Positions 9,959-21,163 of a stretch of DNA of 64,000 bases are shown in pieces; the stretch's first letter is position 1, and every line of letters starts with the position of its first letter. Origin of the DNA: an uncultured Holophagales bacterium. GTDB taxonomy: Bacteria > Acidobacteriota > Thermoanaerobaculia > Multivoradales > UBA5704. The notes beneath the pieces are model-generated. The model ran no database searches. It saw only the letters and a program-made list of their open reading frames with translations, and had not been told where the DNA came from. The stretch is from contig CAWJGT010000001.1 of NCBI GenBank assembly GCA_963842525.1, positions 96,001 to 160,000 of the forward strand. The letters are read 5' to 3'. The position numbers and the translations under genes were made by a program.

Positions 9959-10543
9959 ATGACGAGGGGAGCGGAGCAACCGACCGACGAAGAGCTGGTT
10001 GCGGCGGTCCTCGACGGTGATCGGGATCGCTTCGGCGACCTGGTCGACCGATACCAGGGTCGCCTCGTCAATTATCTCTTCCGCTTGCTTCGCAACGTCG
10101 ACGACGCGCACGACCTCGCCCAGGAAGTGCTCGTCAAGGTGTACCAGGTGCTGGATCGGTACGATCCGCAATACAAGTTCTCGACCTGGCTGTTCCGGGT
10201 GGCGCAGAACGCGGCGATCGACCAGATCCGGCGGCGGCGTTTGAAGCTGGTCTCCATGCGGCAGGAAGGCGAGGAGGGGGAGGGGCGCGACTGGGACCTT
10301 CCGTCTCCGGAGCGCGGGCCGTATGGAGAGCTGCGCAATCAGGAGCGAGGCGATGCGATCCAGGAGGCGATCGAAGCTCTCCCCTGGGAGTACCGGGAGC
10401 TGATCCTCCTGCGGCACTTCGGCGAGCTCCCCTACGAAGAGATCGCGCAGCTCAAGCAGATGCCTCTCGGGACTGTGAAGAACAAGCTCTTCCGGGGACG
10501 GCAGATGCTCAAGGAGAGGTTGCAGGATTTCTTGTCGGATTGA
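9959..10543 (+). CDS. ECF sigma-70 factor (SigW-like)
   Basis: DLAQEV, FSTWLFRVAQN and YEEIAQLKQMPLGTVKNKLFRGR. Confidence 0.93.
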   Translation: MTRGAEQPTDEELVAAVLDGDRDRFGDLVDRYQGRLVNYLFRLLRNVDDAHDLAQEVLVKVYQVLDRYDPQYKFSTWLFRVAQNAAIDQIRRRRLKLVSMRQEGEEGEGRDWDLPSPERGPYGELRNQERGDAIQEAIEALPWEYRELILLRHFGELPYEEIAQLKQMPLGTVKNKLFRGRQMLKERLQDFLSD

Positions 10544-10578
10544 GATGAAACCGAGGGGATGTACCGAGGGGCGAGCTG

Positions 10579-11154
10579 ATGAGAAGGCCGGATCACAACA
10601 CCTACCGTGAATGGTTGAACCTGGACGTGGATGGGGAGCTGCCCCCGGCGCAGCGGGCCCAGCTCGACGAGCATCTCGCCTCCTGTCCGGACTGCCGGAG
10701 CGAGCGGCAAGAGATGCTCGCGTTCGAGCGTCTCCTCGTCGAGAACCGTGTGCCGGTGCGGCCGGGCTTCAGCGACAAGGTGCTCGCGTCGCTGCCCGCG
10801 GCGGGCTGGGAGAGCCGTTCGCCCCGGACCTGGAGCTTCCCGGCGGCCGTGGCGGTGCTGCTCGCCGGCATCGCGGCGGCGCTCCTGGGGTCGGCCCGGA
10901 TGGGCTCCTCCTCGTCGGTGCTGTCGACGCTCTCCGCGGTGGGCGGCATGCTCCAGGCGACCCTCCAGGCGGGCGCCGGCCTGCTCGCCGTCTCCTGGAA
11001 GGGGCTCGGCCTGGTCTTCACCGAGGCCTTGACCTCTCCCATGAGCCTCGGGGCCTTCGTCTTCCTGGTGCTCTGCCTCAACCTCCTGCTGATCTCCCTC
11101 GTGCGCCGGCGGCGGCCGGCGGCGGCCGCCGCAAGGAAGGGGAACGGGGCTTAG
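10579..11154 (+). CDS. zinc-finger (zf-HC2) membrane anti-sigma factor
   Basis: DGEL...EHLASCPDC motif followed by TM segments; directly after the ECF sigma. Confidence 0.88.
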   Translation: MRRPDHNTYREWLNLDVDGELPPAQRAQLDEHLASCPDCRSERQEMLAFERLLVENRVPVRPGFSDKVLASLPAAGWESRSPRTWSFPAAVAVLLAGIAAALLGSARMGSSSSVLSTLSAVGGMLQATLQAGAGLLAVSWKGLGLVFTEALTSPMSLGAFVFLVLCLNLLLISLVRRRRPAAAAARKGNGA

Positions 11155-11200
11155 CCAAGCTCCCCTTTCTTCCGCAGGTTCCACGCGCTAGAGTCGTGCC

Positions 11201-12100
11201 GTGCACGTTGTCCTGGCGGCTTTCCTGCTGCTGGCCGATCCGGCCGCATCCCCGACGGTTCCCGGAGAGAAGCCGGCGGCGTTGCGGCTTGCGCCGGGCA
11301 GCTATGTCTCCGACCAGATGGTGGCGATCGGCCGCGACGTGATCGTCGAGGGGGAGGCGCTCTCGGACGTCGCCGCGGTCAACGGCTCCGTGGAGGTGTC
11401 CGGACGGGTGGCCCGCGACGTCATCGTGCTGGGCGGCGACGTGCGGCTCCACCCGACGGCGCGGATCGGCGGGGACGTTTCCGTTCTGGGCGGGGTCGTG
11501 CACGCGGCCCCGGGCTCCCACGTCGAAGGCCGGATGGTCTCCTATCCGACGGCTTCCTCGGCCCTGCTCACCATGGTCGAAGGGCCGACCCTGGGCCTCG
11601 GCTTCGCCTCGCCGCTCGTGGTCGGCACCAAGCTCGCCCTGCTCGCCGCCTGGGCGGCGCTGCTGCTCCTGCTGTTCGCGGCGAGCGGCCGGGAGGTCCT
11701 GAGCACCGCGGACGACGTCCGCCGCGAGCCCTTCCGGAACTTCTTCGTCGGGTTGACGGGCGTGCTGGCCATCCTGCTGACCGGCCTGCTCTTCAGCGTC
11801 TTCACCGGCGGGATCGTGGGGGTCCCCCTGCTGGTGCTGGTTGTTCTCGTTGCCCTGCTCCTCAAGCTGTGGGGGATGGTGGCGGTCTTCTACGCCCTGG
11901 GCGACTGGCTGAGCCGCCGTATCCTCCGCCGCCGAGCGCGCCCTCTCAACGCGGCCACGCTCGGGCTGCTCGTCATGGGCCTCATCAAGTTCCTCCCCCT
12001 CGTGGGCTCCTGGACCTGGACGGCCGCCACCCTGATCGGCATCGGCGCCGCCCTCTCCACCAAGTTCGGCCGCCGCGAGCCCTGGTTCGAATTGGCATAG
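11201..12100 (+). CDS. bactofilin-like (polymer-forming) beta-helix domain plus multi-TM membrane protein
   Basis: Repeating G-x-V-x-V/I-x-G-x-V motifs (GRDVIVEG, GSVEVSGRV, GGDVRL, GGDVSVLGG) followed by hydrophobic helices. Confidence 0.75.
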   Translation: MHVVLAAFLLLADPAASPTVPGEKPAALRLAPGSYVSDQMVAIGRDVIVEGEALSDVAAVNGSVEVSGRVARDVIVLGGDVRLHPTARIGGDVSVLGGVVHAAPGSHVEGRMVSYPTASSALLTMVEGPTLGLGFASPLVVGTKLALLAAWAALLLLLFAASGREVLSTADDVRREPFRNFFVGLTGVLAILLTGLLFSVFTGGIVGVPLLVLVVLVALLLKLWGMVAVFYALGDWLSRRILRRRARPLNAATLGLLVMGLIKFLPLVGSWTWTAATLIGIGAALSTKFGRREPWFELA

Positions 12101-12149
12101 CGCCTGTCCTCGCGGACCGGCCGTGATACCGTTCCTGGCCGGAAACCGT

Positions 12150-15100
12150 ATGTCCGCCGCCCTACGCGTCGCCGTCCTCCTCTTTGGCTCGGGCTTCTGC
12201 GCCCTCGTCTACCAGACCGCCTGGCTGCGGATGCTGCGCGACGTGTTCGGCGCCTCGACGGCGGCCTCGGCGGCGGTGCTCGCCATCTTCATGGGCGGCC
12301 TCGGCTTCGGCGGCCTGCTGCTCGGACCCCTGGCCGACCGCCGGCGCTCTCCCCTCGGCTTCTATGCTCTCCTGGAGATGGGAGTGGCCGTGGCCGCGGG
12401 GCTCTCGCCCTGGCTGGTCGCGGTGGTCCAGAAGGCCTACATCGGTCTCGGCGGCAGCGCGAGCCTCGGCCTGCCTGGCGGAACGGTCGTCCGCCTGCTC
12501 CTGGCCGCCCTGGTCCTCGGGGTTCCCACCTTCCTGATGGGCGGCACCCTGCCGGCCGCGTCGCGGGCCGTGGAGCGCAGTGCGGACGAGGGGCGCCGTG
12601 TGGTCGGCCTGCTCTACGCGCTCAACACGCTCGGCGCCGTGGCCGGCACCCTGCTCACCACCTTCTGGGCCCTCGAGGCCCTGGGCGTGCGCAAGACGGT
12701 CTGGATCGCCGCTCTGCTCAACCTCCTGATCGCTCTGGTCGCGCGCAACCAGGCGCGGGCGCTGCCGGCGGAGGAGGCGGCCGGGGAGGGCGGCTCCGCC
12801 GAGCCCGCCGCCGGAGGCGCGGATGGGGCCGCAACAGGCTGGTTCGTCCCCCTGGCGGCCGGCGTCGTGGGGTTCGCCTTCCTGCTCATGGAGCTGGTCT
12901 GGTACCGCATGCTGGCGCCGCTCCTGGGAGGCTCGTCCTACACCTTCGGTTTGATCCTGGCCCTGGCCCTGCTGGGGATCGGTCTCGGCGGCCTGCTCTA
13001 TGCGGCGGGCCCGGCGCACCGCCGGCCGACCCTGGCGACGTTCGCCGGCACCTGCGCCCTGGAGGCGCTCTTCCTGGCGCTCCCCTTCGCCGCGGGCGAC
13101 CGCGTGGCGGTCGTGGCCGCGATGCTGCGGCCGCTGGGCAATGCCGGCTTCTTCCCGCTGATCCTCGGCTGGAGCGCCGTGACGGCGTTCGTGGTCCTCC
13201 CCGCGGCCGTGGTCGCCGGCTACCAGTTCCCGCTGCTGATCGCCCTGCTCGGCAGCGGCCGGGAGCGGGTGGGGCGCGAGATCGGGGTGACCTACGCCGC
13301 CAACACCGTGGGTGCCATCGCCGGCTCCATCGCGGGTGGGTTCGGCCTGCTGCCGCTGCTCACCGCGCCGGGTGTCTGGCGGCTGGTGGTCGTCCTGCTC
13401 CTGCTCCTCGCCGTGGCGGCGGTGATCGCCGGCGCCGCCGGCGCCGCCGGCCAACGCCGCGGCGTTCCGCTCCGTGCGGGGGCCCTCCCCCTGGCCACGG
13501 CGGCCGTCGTCCTGCTGCTGCTCTCCGCGCCAGGTCCGACCGCCTTCTGGCGCCACAGCCCCATCGGCGCCGGCCGTGTGGACAGCCACTCCTGGAACGG
13601 TCCCAACGACGTGCGGGCCTACCAGGAGATGAGCCGCGAAGGGATCGTCTGGGAGGCGGACGGCGTGGAGAGCAGCGTCGCCCTCAACGTGAGTGACGAG
13701 ATCTCCTTCCTGGTGAACGGGAAGGCGGACGGCACCGCCCGCTCGGACGCTCCCACCCAGGTCATGGGCGGCCTGGTGGGGGCCCTGTTGCACCCCTCTC
13801 CGCGGCGGGCCCTCGTCGTCGGCCTGGGCACGGGGAGCACCGCGGGCTGGCTCGCCGCGGTGCCGACCATGGAGAGGGTCGACGTCGTCGAGCTGGAGCC
13901 CGCCGTTGTGGAGGTCGCCCGTGCCTGCGCGGCGGTCAACCAGGACGTGCTGCGCAACCCGAAGGTCCACCTGGTGATCGGCGACGGCCGCGAGCTGCTG
14001 CTCACCACCGGCGAGCGTTACGACATCATCTTCTCCGAGCCGTCGAACCCCTACCGCGCCGGCATCGCCAGCCTGTTCACCGAGGATTTCTATCGCGCCG
14101 TGCGGCAGCGGCTGCGGCCGGGCGGAGTCTTCCTGCAGTGGCTCCAGGGCTATGAGCTGGACGCTCAGGTCGTGGGGCTGGTCTACGGCACCCTGGGGGC
14201 CGTGTTCCCTGCGGTGGAGACCTGGGCGATCCATGTCGACGACCTGCTCCTGGTCGCCAGCACAGCGCCGCTGTCGCACGACGTCGCCCGGCTGCGGGCC
14301 CGCGCGGCGCAGGAGCCCTACCGCACCGCCCTGTCGCGGGTCTGGGGGGTCGAGGGGGCCGAGGGCTTCTATACCGGCTATCTGGCTTCCCCGGGGCTTG
14401 CACGCGCCATGCACGCGAGGGAGGGGCAGGCGATCAACACCGACGACCATCCGATCCTCGAGTTCGGCTTCGCCCGCAACCTGGGGCGTCGGGGTCTGTT
14501 CCGGATGGAGGACCTGAGCGCCCTGGCCGCGTTGCGCCGGGAAGACCGCCCCGCGCTCCAGGGGACGCTCGACTGGTCCCGGGTCCAGGAGCTCCGCTCG
14601 GCGCGGTGGGCTTTCTGGGCGCGCGACGTCCCGCAGCCGGCGCCCGGCGTCGACCCGGCCGCTGCCGAGCGCATCCTCGCGCGACGGGCCTGGTCCCGCA
14701 GCGACCTGCCCCTGGCCTGCGCGCGCTGGCTCTCCCAACCCGAAGGCCCGGCCATGCCATCCGACCGCCTTCTGGTGGCCGAGTGCATGGCGACCGTACG
14801 TGATCCGGAGGCTCCCGCACATGCCGAGGGCCTGCGGCAAGAGCACCCGGTCGAGGCGGACCTTGTTCTCGCCATCTGGCACCTGGCCGCGGGCCGGAGC
14901 GCCGACGCCGCCCGGCATCTCGCCGCGGCGTTCCGCGCCGCCCGCGCCCAGCCGTGGACCCACCAGGAGATGCTCGATCGCGGCCTCCTGCTGGCCGAGC
15001 GGCTCGCCCTGCGGGAGCCCGCCGTCGCCCGGGTCCTGTACGAGGCCCTGGACGAGCCCTTCGCCGTCCGTCTGTCCGAGAACGCCCGCCTGCGCGTCCG

Positions 15101-15320
15101 GTTCGACATCGTCCGCGGCCTGGGCTGGCAGGACCGCTGCGTCGAGGCCCTCGCTCCCTTCGAGCCGCATCCGATCTGGGAAGAACAGATCCTGGCCTGG
15201 CGGGCGGTCTGTTACGAGCAGAAGGGCCACCCTCTGCAGGACCGCGCCCTGCGTGATTTGCAGGACTTTCTGGACGATGCGCCGCCGAAGCTCGGAGCTG
15301 GGCTTCCGGCCTCTCCTTGA
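12150..15320 (+). CDS. fused MFS-like membrane domain / spermidine synthase-like SAM-binding protein
   Basis: [54 protein letters not shown] and NTDDHP. Confidence 0.9.
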   Translation: MSAALRVAVLLFGSGFCALVYQTAWLRMLRDVFGASTAASAAVLAIFMGGLGFGGLLLGPLADRRRSPLGFYALLEMGVAVAAGLSPWLVAVVQKAYIGLGGSASLGLPGGTVVRLLLAALVLGVPTFLMGGTLPAASRAVERSADEGRRVVGLLYALNTLGAVAGTLLTTFWALEALGVRKTVWIAALLNLLIALVARNQARALPAEEAAGEGGSAEPAAGGADGAATGWFVPLAAGVVGFAFLLMELVWYRMLAPLLGGSSYTFGLILALALLGIGLGGLLYAAGPAHRRPTLATFAGTCALEALFLALPFAAGDRVAVVAAMLRPLGNAGFFPLILGWSAVTAFVVLPAAVVAGYQFPLLIALLGSGRERVGREIGVTYAANTVGAIAGSIAGGFGLLPLLTAPGVWRLVVVLLLLLAVAAVIAGAAGAAGQRRGVPLRAGALPLATAAVVLLLLSAPGPTAFWRHSPIGAGRVDSHSWNGPNDVRAYQEMSREGIVWEADGVESSVALNVSDEISFLVNGKADGTARSDAPTQVMGGLVGALLHPSPRRALVVGLGTGSTAGWLAAVPTMERVDVVELEPAVVEVARACAAVNQDVLRNPKVHLVIGDGRELLLTTGERYDIIFSEPSNPYRAGIASLFTEDFYRAVRQRLRPGGVFLQWLQGYELDAQVVGLVYGTLGAVFPAVETWAIHVDDLLLVASTAPLSHDVARLRARAAQEPYRTALSRVWGVEGAEGFYTGYLASPGLARAMHAREGQAINTDDHPILEFGFARNLGRRGLFRMEDLSALAALRREDRPALQGTLDWSRVQELRSARWAFWARDVPQPAPGVDPAAAERILARRAWSRSDLPLACARWLSQPEGPAMPSDRLLVAECMATVRDPEAPAHAEGLRQEHPVEADLVLAIWHLAAGRSADAARHLAAAFRAARAQPWTHQEMLDRGLLLAERLALREPAVARVLYEALDEPFAVRLSENARLRVRFDIVRGLGWQDRCVEALAPFEPHPIWEEQILAWRAVCYEQKGHPLQDRALRDLQDFLDDAPPKLGAGLPASP

Positions 15321-15394
15321 CCCCTGCCCCCCGATCTCATTACGCTCACGGCGATCTGTCTTTCGGACAGTGCATGGGAGGGATCCAGATACAA

Positions 15395-16255
15395 ATGCAA
15401 GAAATTCGAACGATTGGTGTCGTCGGCGCCGGAACGATGGGACACGGCATCGCCCAGGTTGCGGCCCAGAGCGGCTTCCAGGTCGTGCTGGTCGATGCGG
15501 CTCCCGTTGCGCTGGAGCGCGGGATCGCGCAGATCGGCAAGAGTCTCGAAAAGCTGGTGGGCAAGGGCAAGCTGACGGCCGAGGCCCGCGAGCACGCCCT
15601 CGCCCGCCTCCGGTCCGCGTCGCAGCTCGCGGCCCTGGAGAGCGCCGACCTGGTCGTCGAGGCCGTGGTCGAGAAGCTCGAGGTCAAGCAGGAGGTCCTC
15701 GCCGAGCTGGACCGCATCTGTGCGCCGCAGGCGATCCTGGCCTCCAACACGAGCTCGATCTCGATCACCCGGCTGGCCGCCGCCACCTCGCGGCCCGGGA
15801 AGGTGATCGGCCTGCACTTCATGAACCCGGTGCCGCTGATGCAGCTCGTCGAGATCATCCGCGGCCTGGCCACCAGCCAGGAGACCTACGACGCCGTCGA
15901 GGCGGCGTCGCGGGCCATGGGCAAGACGCCGGTCGAGGTCCACGACGCTCCCGGCTTCGTCTCCAACCGGGTTCTCATGCCGATGATCAACGAGGCGGTC
16001 TTCTGCCTCCACGAAGGAGTCGGGAAGGCCGAGGCGATCGACGAGGTTATGAAACTGGGGATGAATCACCCGATGGGACCGCTCGCGCTCGCCGATCTGA
16101 TCGGCCTCGACGTCTGCCTGGACATCCTGCGCGTGCTCCACGACGGGTTCGGCGATCCGAAATACCGGCCCTGCCCGCTGCTGGTCAAGATGGTCGATGC
16201 CGGCTATCTCGGCCGCAAGAGCGGGCGCGGCTTCTACGTCTACGACCGCGGCTGA
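15395..16255 (+). CDS. hbd: 3-hydroxybutyryl-CoA dehydrogenase
   Basis: [35 protein letters not shown] and GRKSGRGFY. Confidence 0.92.
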   Translation: MQEIRTIGVVGAGTMGHGIAQVAAQSGFQVVLVDAAPVALERGIAQIGKSLEKLVGKGKLTAEAREHALARLRSASQLAALESADLVVEAVVEKLEVKQEVLAELDRICAPQAILASNTSSISITRLAAATSRPGKVIGLHFMNPVPLMQLVEIIRGLATSQETYDAVEAASRAMGKTPVEVHDAPGFVSNRVLMPMINEAVFCLHEGVGKAEAIDEVMKLGMNHPMGPLALADLIGLDVCLDILRVLHDGFGDPKYRPCPLLVKMVDAGYLGRKSGRGFYVYDRG

Positions 16256-16271
16256 TGGAGACGAGGTGAAG

Positions 16272-18116
16272 ATGTACTGCCAGGTCTGTGGCGCGCCCAA
16301 CCGGGACGACCACGAATACTGCGTCCGCTGCCACCAGAAGCTGCTGGTGCTGTCGGGGACGCTGCGCGAGGACGAGGACTCCTACGACGAGTCGGCCGAG
16401 GAGAGCTTCTCGTTCGACGAGCATCTCCTGGAGCGCATCTCGATCCTCGAAGAGGCCGTCAAGCGGACGGCCGAGACCGTCCGGCAGCTCCTCTCCGCGC
16501 TGCACAAGCAGGAGAAGAACATCCTCATCAACCAGACCGGCCTGTCGGCTCTGCGCGAGCTGCTGGAGCAGAAGCACTACATCGGCTGGGAGGAATGGAG
16601 CGAGCTCTGGGAGTCCAAGATGGACTACCAGCTCCTCGCCCTGGAGAAGCGGGAGCGCTTCCTCGCCATCAAGGAGCGGATCGCCGCCCTCCACCACGGC
16701 GACAAGCGCAAGCTCTTCCTCCAGCACCTGGAGGACGCCGAATACGCCCTCTTCGCCTTCGACATCGAGCGCGCCGTGGCAGCCCTGGAATCGGCCTACA
16801 AGCTGGACCGCGACAACTACGAGCTGGCCTATTTCCTCGGCGAGACCCACTTCAACGAAGGCGACGCCGAGCAGGCCCTTGCCTACTTTTCGCGCGTCCT
16901 GGAGGTCAAGACAGACCACTACGAGGGGCTCGTCTACAGCGGCGTCATCTACTATGAGCGGGGCGACCACACCCGCGCCGAGGAGCACCTGAAGCGCGCC
17001 GTCGCGATCTACCCGGACAGCTTCCTGCCGCATTTCAGCCTCGGCGCGGTCTATGCCGGCCAGGGCAACCTGGCCCGGGCGGTTCTCTTCCTCGAGCGGG
17101 CTGTCGAGCTCGACGCAGTGCCGCAGGCGCTCTATTTGCTGGGAAGCTGCTACTACGAGATGGGCAAGCTCTCGTCTGCCACCCGCTACCTCCAGGAGGC
17201 GGTGCGGCACGATCCGGCCTTCGAGGAGGCCCATCACCTCCTGGGCCTCGCCTATCTCGACCGGCACTGGACGCGCAAGGCGCTCGACGCCTTCCGCCAG
17301 GCGCAGCGGCTCAACCCGAAGAAGCTCCAGTACCACGACCTGGTGCGCTACCTCTCGGGCACCTCGGGCACGCCGCTCCCCGGCGTGCATGGCGAGGCGG
17401 AGGCCTGGTTCAAGAAAGGGGAAGAGTTCCTTGCCCGCGACAACCTGAAGCAGGCGCACGCCTCCTATCGCCGGGCCCTGTCCCTCGATCCCGAGAACCC
17501 GACGCTGCTCATGTCCTACGCCCTGCTCTGCCTGCACCTCGACCGCAGCCAGGAGATCGAGGCGATCACCCGCAAGGTGCTGGACCTGAACCCGGGCGAG
17601 ATGCTCAAGGCCACGGCATCCGCGGCCCTGATCGAGGCGCTGCGCAGCCAGGGGAAGTTCCGCGAGGGCAACCGCATCGGCCGGCGCCTCCTCGACGAGG
17701 GGAGCTCCAACTTCGCCAAGTCGATCGCCTACTACGAGATGGCCTACAACCTGGCGGAGATGGAGGAGGACCTCGACGAGGCCCTGGACTTCGCCCGTCA
17801 GTCGGTCGAGCTGGCTCCCGAGGAGATCAAGCAGTTCCCGCTGGCCGCTCTCGGCTGGGTGCACTACAAGCGCAAGGAGTTCGACAAGGCGGTCGACTTC
17901 CTCTCGAAGTCGAGCGAGCTCGGCGCTTCGCACACGACGCTGACCCACCTGGGGATGGCCCTTCTCGCCTCCGGCCAGGAGGACCGCGCGCGCAACATCC
18001 TGGCCCACGCCCGGACGGTCGGCAGCCGCGGCGAGGCGCTCCAGGAAAAGATGATGGAGTGCATGAAGGACTCCACGCGCCTGCTGGAGAGGGTGCGCCG
18101 CGGCCAGCGGCGATGA
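16272..18116 (+). CDS. TPR protein with N-terminal zinc ribbon
   Basis: MYCQVCG...YCVRCH; coiled segment; many TPR repeats (AYFLGETHFNEG, ALYLLGSCYYEMG). Confidence 0.85.
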   Translation: MYCQVCGAPNRDDHEYCVRCHQKLLVLSGTLREDEDSYDESAEESFSFDEHLLERISILEEAVKRTAETVRQLLSALHKQEKNILINQTGLSALRELLEQKHYIGWEEWSELWESKMDYQLLALEKRERFLAIKERIAALHHGDKRKLFLQHLEDAEYALFAFDIERAVAALESAYKLDRDNYELAYFLGETHFNEGDAEQALAYFSRVLEVKTDHYEGLVYSGVIYYERGDHTRAEEHLKRAVAIYPDSFLPHFSLGAVYAGQGNLARAVLFLERAVELDAVPQALYLLGSCYYEMGKLSSATRYLQEAVRHDPAFEEAHHLLGLAYLDRHWTRKALDAFRQAQRLNPKKLQYHDLVRYLSGTSGTPLPGVHGEAEAWFKKGEEFLARDNLKQAHASYRRALSLDPENPTLLMSYALLCLHLDRSQEIEAITRKVLDLNPGEMLKATASAALIEALRSQGKFREGNRIGRRLLDEGSSNFAKSIAYYEMAYNLAEMEEDLDEALDFARQSVELAPEEIKQFPLAALGWVHYKRKEFDKAVDFLSKSSELGASHTTLTHLGMALLASGQEDRARNILAHARTVGSRGEALQEKMMECMKDSTRLLERVRRGQRR

Positions 18117-19087
18117 GCGACCCGACTCTCCCCGACATCCCGGACGTCCTGGCCGCCCGCCGTGCGCTGGCGGGAGTCGTTCTGCGCACCCCGGTGCTTC
18201 GCTCAGACGCTCTCGACGAGTTGGCCGGCGCCCGGCTTTTTTTCAAGGCCGAATGTCTGCAGATCACCGGCTCCTTCAAAGTCCGTGGGGCGTACAACCG
18301 GGTGCGGTCGTTCTCGCCGGAGGAGCTCGCTCCAGGCCTGATCACGGTGAGCGCCGGCAACGCCGCCCTCGGGGCCGCCTGGGCAGCCCGCGCGCTCGGC
18401 GCCCGGCTCGTCGTCGTGATGCCCGAGAACGCCGTACCCGAGAAGCTCGCCGCGGTCGCCGCGCTGGGAGCCTGCATCGAGAAGGAGGGAGTCACCAACG
18501 CCACCCAGGCCTTCGAGCGCCTGGCACGCCTGCGCGAAGAGCACGGCTACACCCTGGTCCATCCCTTCGACGACCCCTACGTGATTGCCGGCGCCGGCAC
18601 GGCGACCTGGGAGCTGCTGGAGGATGTGCCCGACCTGGAGGCCCTGGCCTTGCCCGCCTCAGGAGGAGGACCGCTTTCAGGAGCCCTGCTCGCCGCCCGC
18701 GGCCTCGCGCCGTCGGCCCGGGTCTATGGCGTCCAGGCGGAGGGCGCGGACGGTATCGTGCGTTCGCTCGCAGCCGGGCAGCCCACCGCGCCTGAACGGA
18801 TACAGACCGTCGCCGACGGCCTCACCGCGCCGAAGCCAGGGGCCCTCAACTTCGAGCTGATCCGCCGCTGGGCCGCGGGCGTCTTCACGGTCCCCGACAA
18901 GGCGATCCTGGAAGCGATGGGGTTGATCCTCCGGAACCTCAAGGTCATCGTCGAGCCCGCCGGCGCCGCCGCCCTGGCCGGCGTCCTGGCCGACGAGAGG
19001 TTCCGCAGCCGACGGGTGGGCGTCCTTCTGAGCGGCAGCAACACCGGCATGGAGCGGGTGCGCGAGGTGCTTTCCTCCACGAAATGA
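18113..19087 (+). CDS. PLP-dependent threonine/serine dehydratase (serine racemase family)
   Basis: FKAECLQITGSFKVRGA, SAGN, HPFDD, GGG, TVADG and SGSN. Confidence 0.9.
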   Translation: MSDPTLPDIPDVLAARRALAGVVLRTPVLRSDALDELAGARLFFKAECLQITGSFKVRGAYNRVRSFSPEELAPGLITVSAGNAALGAAWAARALGARLVVVMPENAVPEKLAAVAALGACIEKEGVTNATQAFERLARLREEHGYTLVHPFDDPYVIAGAGTATWELLEDVPDLEALALPASGGGPLSGALLAARGLAPSARVYGVQAEGADGIVRSLAAGQPTAPERIQTVADGLTAPKPGALNFELIRRWAAGVFTVPDKAILEAMGLILRNLKVIVEPAGAAALAGVLADERFRSRRVGVLLSGSNTGMERVREVLSSTK

Positions 19088-19088
19088 A

Positions 19089-19119
19089 ACGACCCGGGGG
19101 AGTCATCCACCCGGGTCGT
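19089..19119. terminator. hairpin between convergent genes
   Basis: acgacccggg / cccgggtcgt 10-bp inverted repeat immediately after the dehydratase stop. Confidence 0.55.
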
Positions 19120-19154
19120 CGAGGAGCGTGCTTCGAAGGGGGCGTGCCTGCGGC

Positions 19155-20426
19155 TCAGGCCTCGTCGGTGGCCAGGCGATTGGCGCGGACGCGACTGGCC
19201 ACCTCCGCCAGCAGAGTCATGTTGACCGCCTCGCGCTCGGCTGCCTCGTGGATCATCTTGAGGGCGGCGAGTGCCTCCGGATCGACTTTGCGGATCTGAA
19301 ACAGCCGGACCAGATCCTGGGCGACCCGCAGCACCTCGACCGCCTGACCCTGCTTCGCATAGACAGCGACCAAGTCGAGACCTGCCAGTGCCGCGTCATA
19401 GCTGTAGCCATGCTCGGTGAGCTTGTCCACGGCCTCGGTCAACAGCCGGCTGGCCATCTCCAGATCCTCGCCGAGCTCGCGGGCAATCAGGCCTTCCATC
19501 CAGATGCGGCGGCTTGTGGTCAACGGATCGGAATATTGCAGATAGAGATGACGGTTCTGCTGGTACAGCTCGGCGGCTTCCCGCGCCGAGCCGCAGAGCA
19601 CCAGGGTCGAGATCAGGTTGTGACGGATGTGGAGCGCGAGCCAGGGGTCCACAGCGAGGGGCATGGCCTTCCGGAGGGAAGCCACCGCCTGTTCAAGGTT
19701 CCGCTGCTCCTGATAGATGAGGGCGCGGATGATCTCCAGGCGAGCCACCTGATTGTGATCGCGGAGAGTCGTGAAGGTCGCCTCCGCCCGGTCGAGGAGC
19801 GCGAGGGCCGCTGGAAACTGCCGGAAATCACGTCGCAACGAGGCTTCGAGGAGGTCGATCCTTGCCGCCAGGTCTGGATCGGCACCGCCCCTCTCGAGCA
19901 CGTTGCGGGCTTCGAAGAAGCACACCAGCGCATCGCGGATTTCACCCGCCACGCGCAGGGCGTTGCCTTCCATGGCGATCGCATACGCTTCGAGATCAGC
20001 AAGCGCGGCCATACCGCCGCAGGTCCGGGGATCGGTCTGGCTTGCGATGGAGCCGGCGAGCCGTGCGAGCTCTCGCGCCAGCGTCGGATCGTGAAACACC
20101 GCCTTCGCGCAGCGCTCCAGAATGTAAGAGGCGAGGGTATATGTCTGGTATCGGACATCCACCAGGACCGCTGCCTCGCGATCCAGGGATGGCATGGCCA
20201 ACAGCTCCGCGAGCCGGGTCGGAGTCTCGGCGCGCTCCTCGCTGATCCGTTCCGCACGGCCCATGGCCTCGACGATCGACCTCTCCAGGAAAGAGGGCTC
20301 ATCGATCCCCTCTTCACGAGGCTCGCGCGCGTGTTCAACAGCCACCAGAGAGACATCCTTGCTCTCGAGCTTCCGCACAAGCGCCCGCATCAACGTTCCT
20401 GCCCGTCTGCCCTTCCGATCCTCCAT
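19155..20426 (-). CDS. all-helical TPR-like hypothetical protein
   Basis: Long ORF with TPR-like helix pairs (AMEGNALRVAGEIRDAL, LEASLRRDFRQFPAAL, WMEGLIARELG); no catalytic or HTH motif seen. Confidence 0.8.
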   Translation of the reverse strand: MEDRKGRRAGTLMRALVRKLESKDVSLVAVEHAREPREEGIDEPSFLERSIVEAMGRAERISEERAETPTRLAELLAMPSLDREAAVLVDVRYQTYTLASYILERCAKAVFHDPTLARELARLAGSIASQTDPRTCGGMAALADLEAYAIAMEGNALRVAGEIRDALVCFFEARNVLERGGADPDLAARIDLLEASLRRDFRQFPAALALLDRAEATFTTLRDHNQVARLEIIRALIYQEQRNLEQAVASLRKAMPLAVDPWLALHIRHNLISTLVLCGSAREAAELYQQNRHLYLQYSDPLTTSRRIWMEGLIARELGEDLEMASRLLTEAVDKLTEHGYSYDAALAGLDLVAVYAKQGQAVEVLRVAQDLVRLFQIRKVDPEALAALKMIHEAAEREAVNMTLLAEVASRVRANRLATDEA

Positions 20427-20491
20427 AAACCCCCCTTTGATGCTAAAGCATTGCTCGCCTGCTGGCTCCAATGGCATCTGCTCTGCGTAGA

Positions 20492-20779
20492 TCACCACCC
20501 GCCATTTGGATCCATTCCCACTCCTGCTTCCGCCGAACTCGGCCTAGCCGCCCCCATTGCATTCCCTCCGCCGTCGTCTCCGGGGATGAGCGGAACGCCT
20601 TGGACCGTAGCCAGGGCCGAGTCGAACAGAAACACCATCCAACCCCATGCCTCGGCCAGCGGGCTTGGGGAGCCCATGACCGGCCCATGCTGCGGCAGCG
20701 GACTTGCAAACACCGCTCCGGAGCCCACCAGCAAGGCCAATAGCGCCACCCCCACTCGCAGCTTCATTCCACGAAACAT
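20492..20779 (-). CDS. small secreted propeptide ending in GMDPNGGW
   Basis: GGAG RBS; signal peptide MKLRVGVALLALLVGSGAVFA; low-complexity linker; C-terminal DPNG. Confidence 0.7.
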   Translation of the reverse strand: MFRGMKLRVGVALLALLVGSGAVFASPLPQHGPVMGSPSPLAEAWGWMVFLFDSALATVQGVPLIPGDDGGGNAMGAARPSSAEAGVGMDPNGGW

Positions 20780-21163
20780 ACGATTCTCCCCCTCGGAAGT
20801 TACAGGCCCATCATGGGCCGCCGGCTGCACACTGTACTGCTCTACAACCTAGAGTGCACGCCAACGGTGAAAAGGAGCCGCCTACAGAGAACTTCCTTGT
20901 CCCACGATCCCAGGGGCCCGACTTCTCTCGACTCACAACTCTTGATCGGCCTCTAGAATACCACACGTCTCCTCGCGCAACGTCAATCCCTCAAAGACCT
21001 CAAGCCGCCGGGCCCGCCCGGACCCACCGCTCCAGCGACCGGGACCGCGAAACGCGGCCCGGCTTGGCGGTCCGTGTCACCGCGTCGCGTGGTCCCTGCC
21101 ATGCGGACCGCGGTCGCTGTCGCCGGGACCGCAGATCCAGTGAGCCATCTGAGAGGCCCCGGC

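Noticed and set aside
12162-15230. Long antisense ORFs (also 244-2121, 7213-9732, 31081-34098, 46850-49192 and others)
   Set aside because: Shadow frames of real genes in ~70% GC DNA; no recognisable motifs
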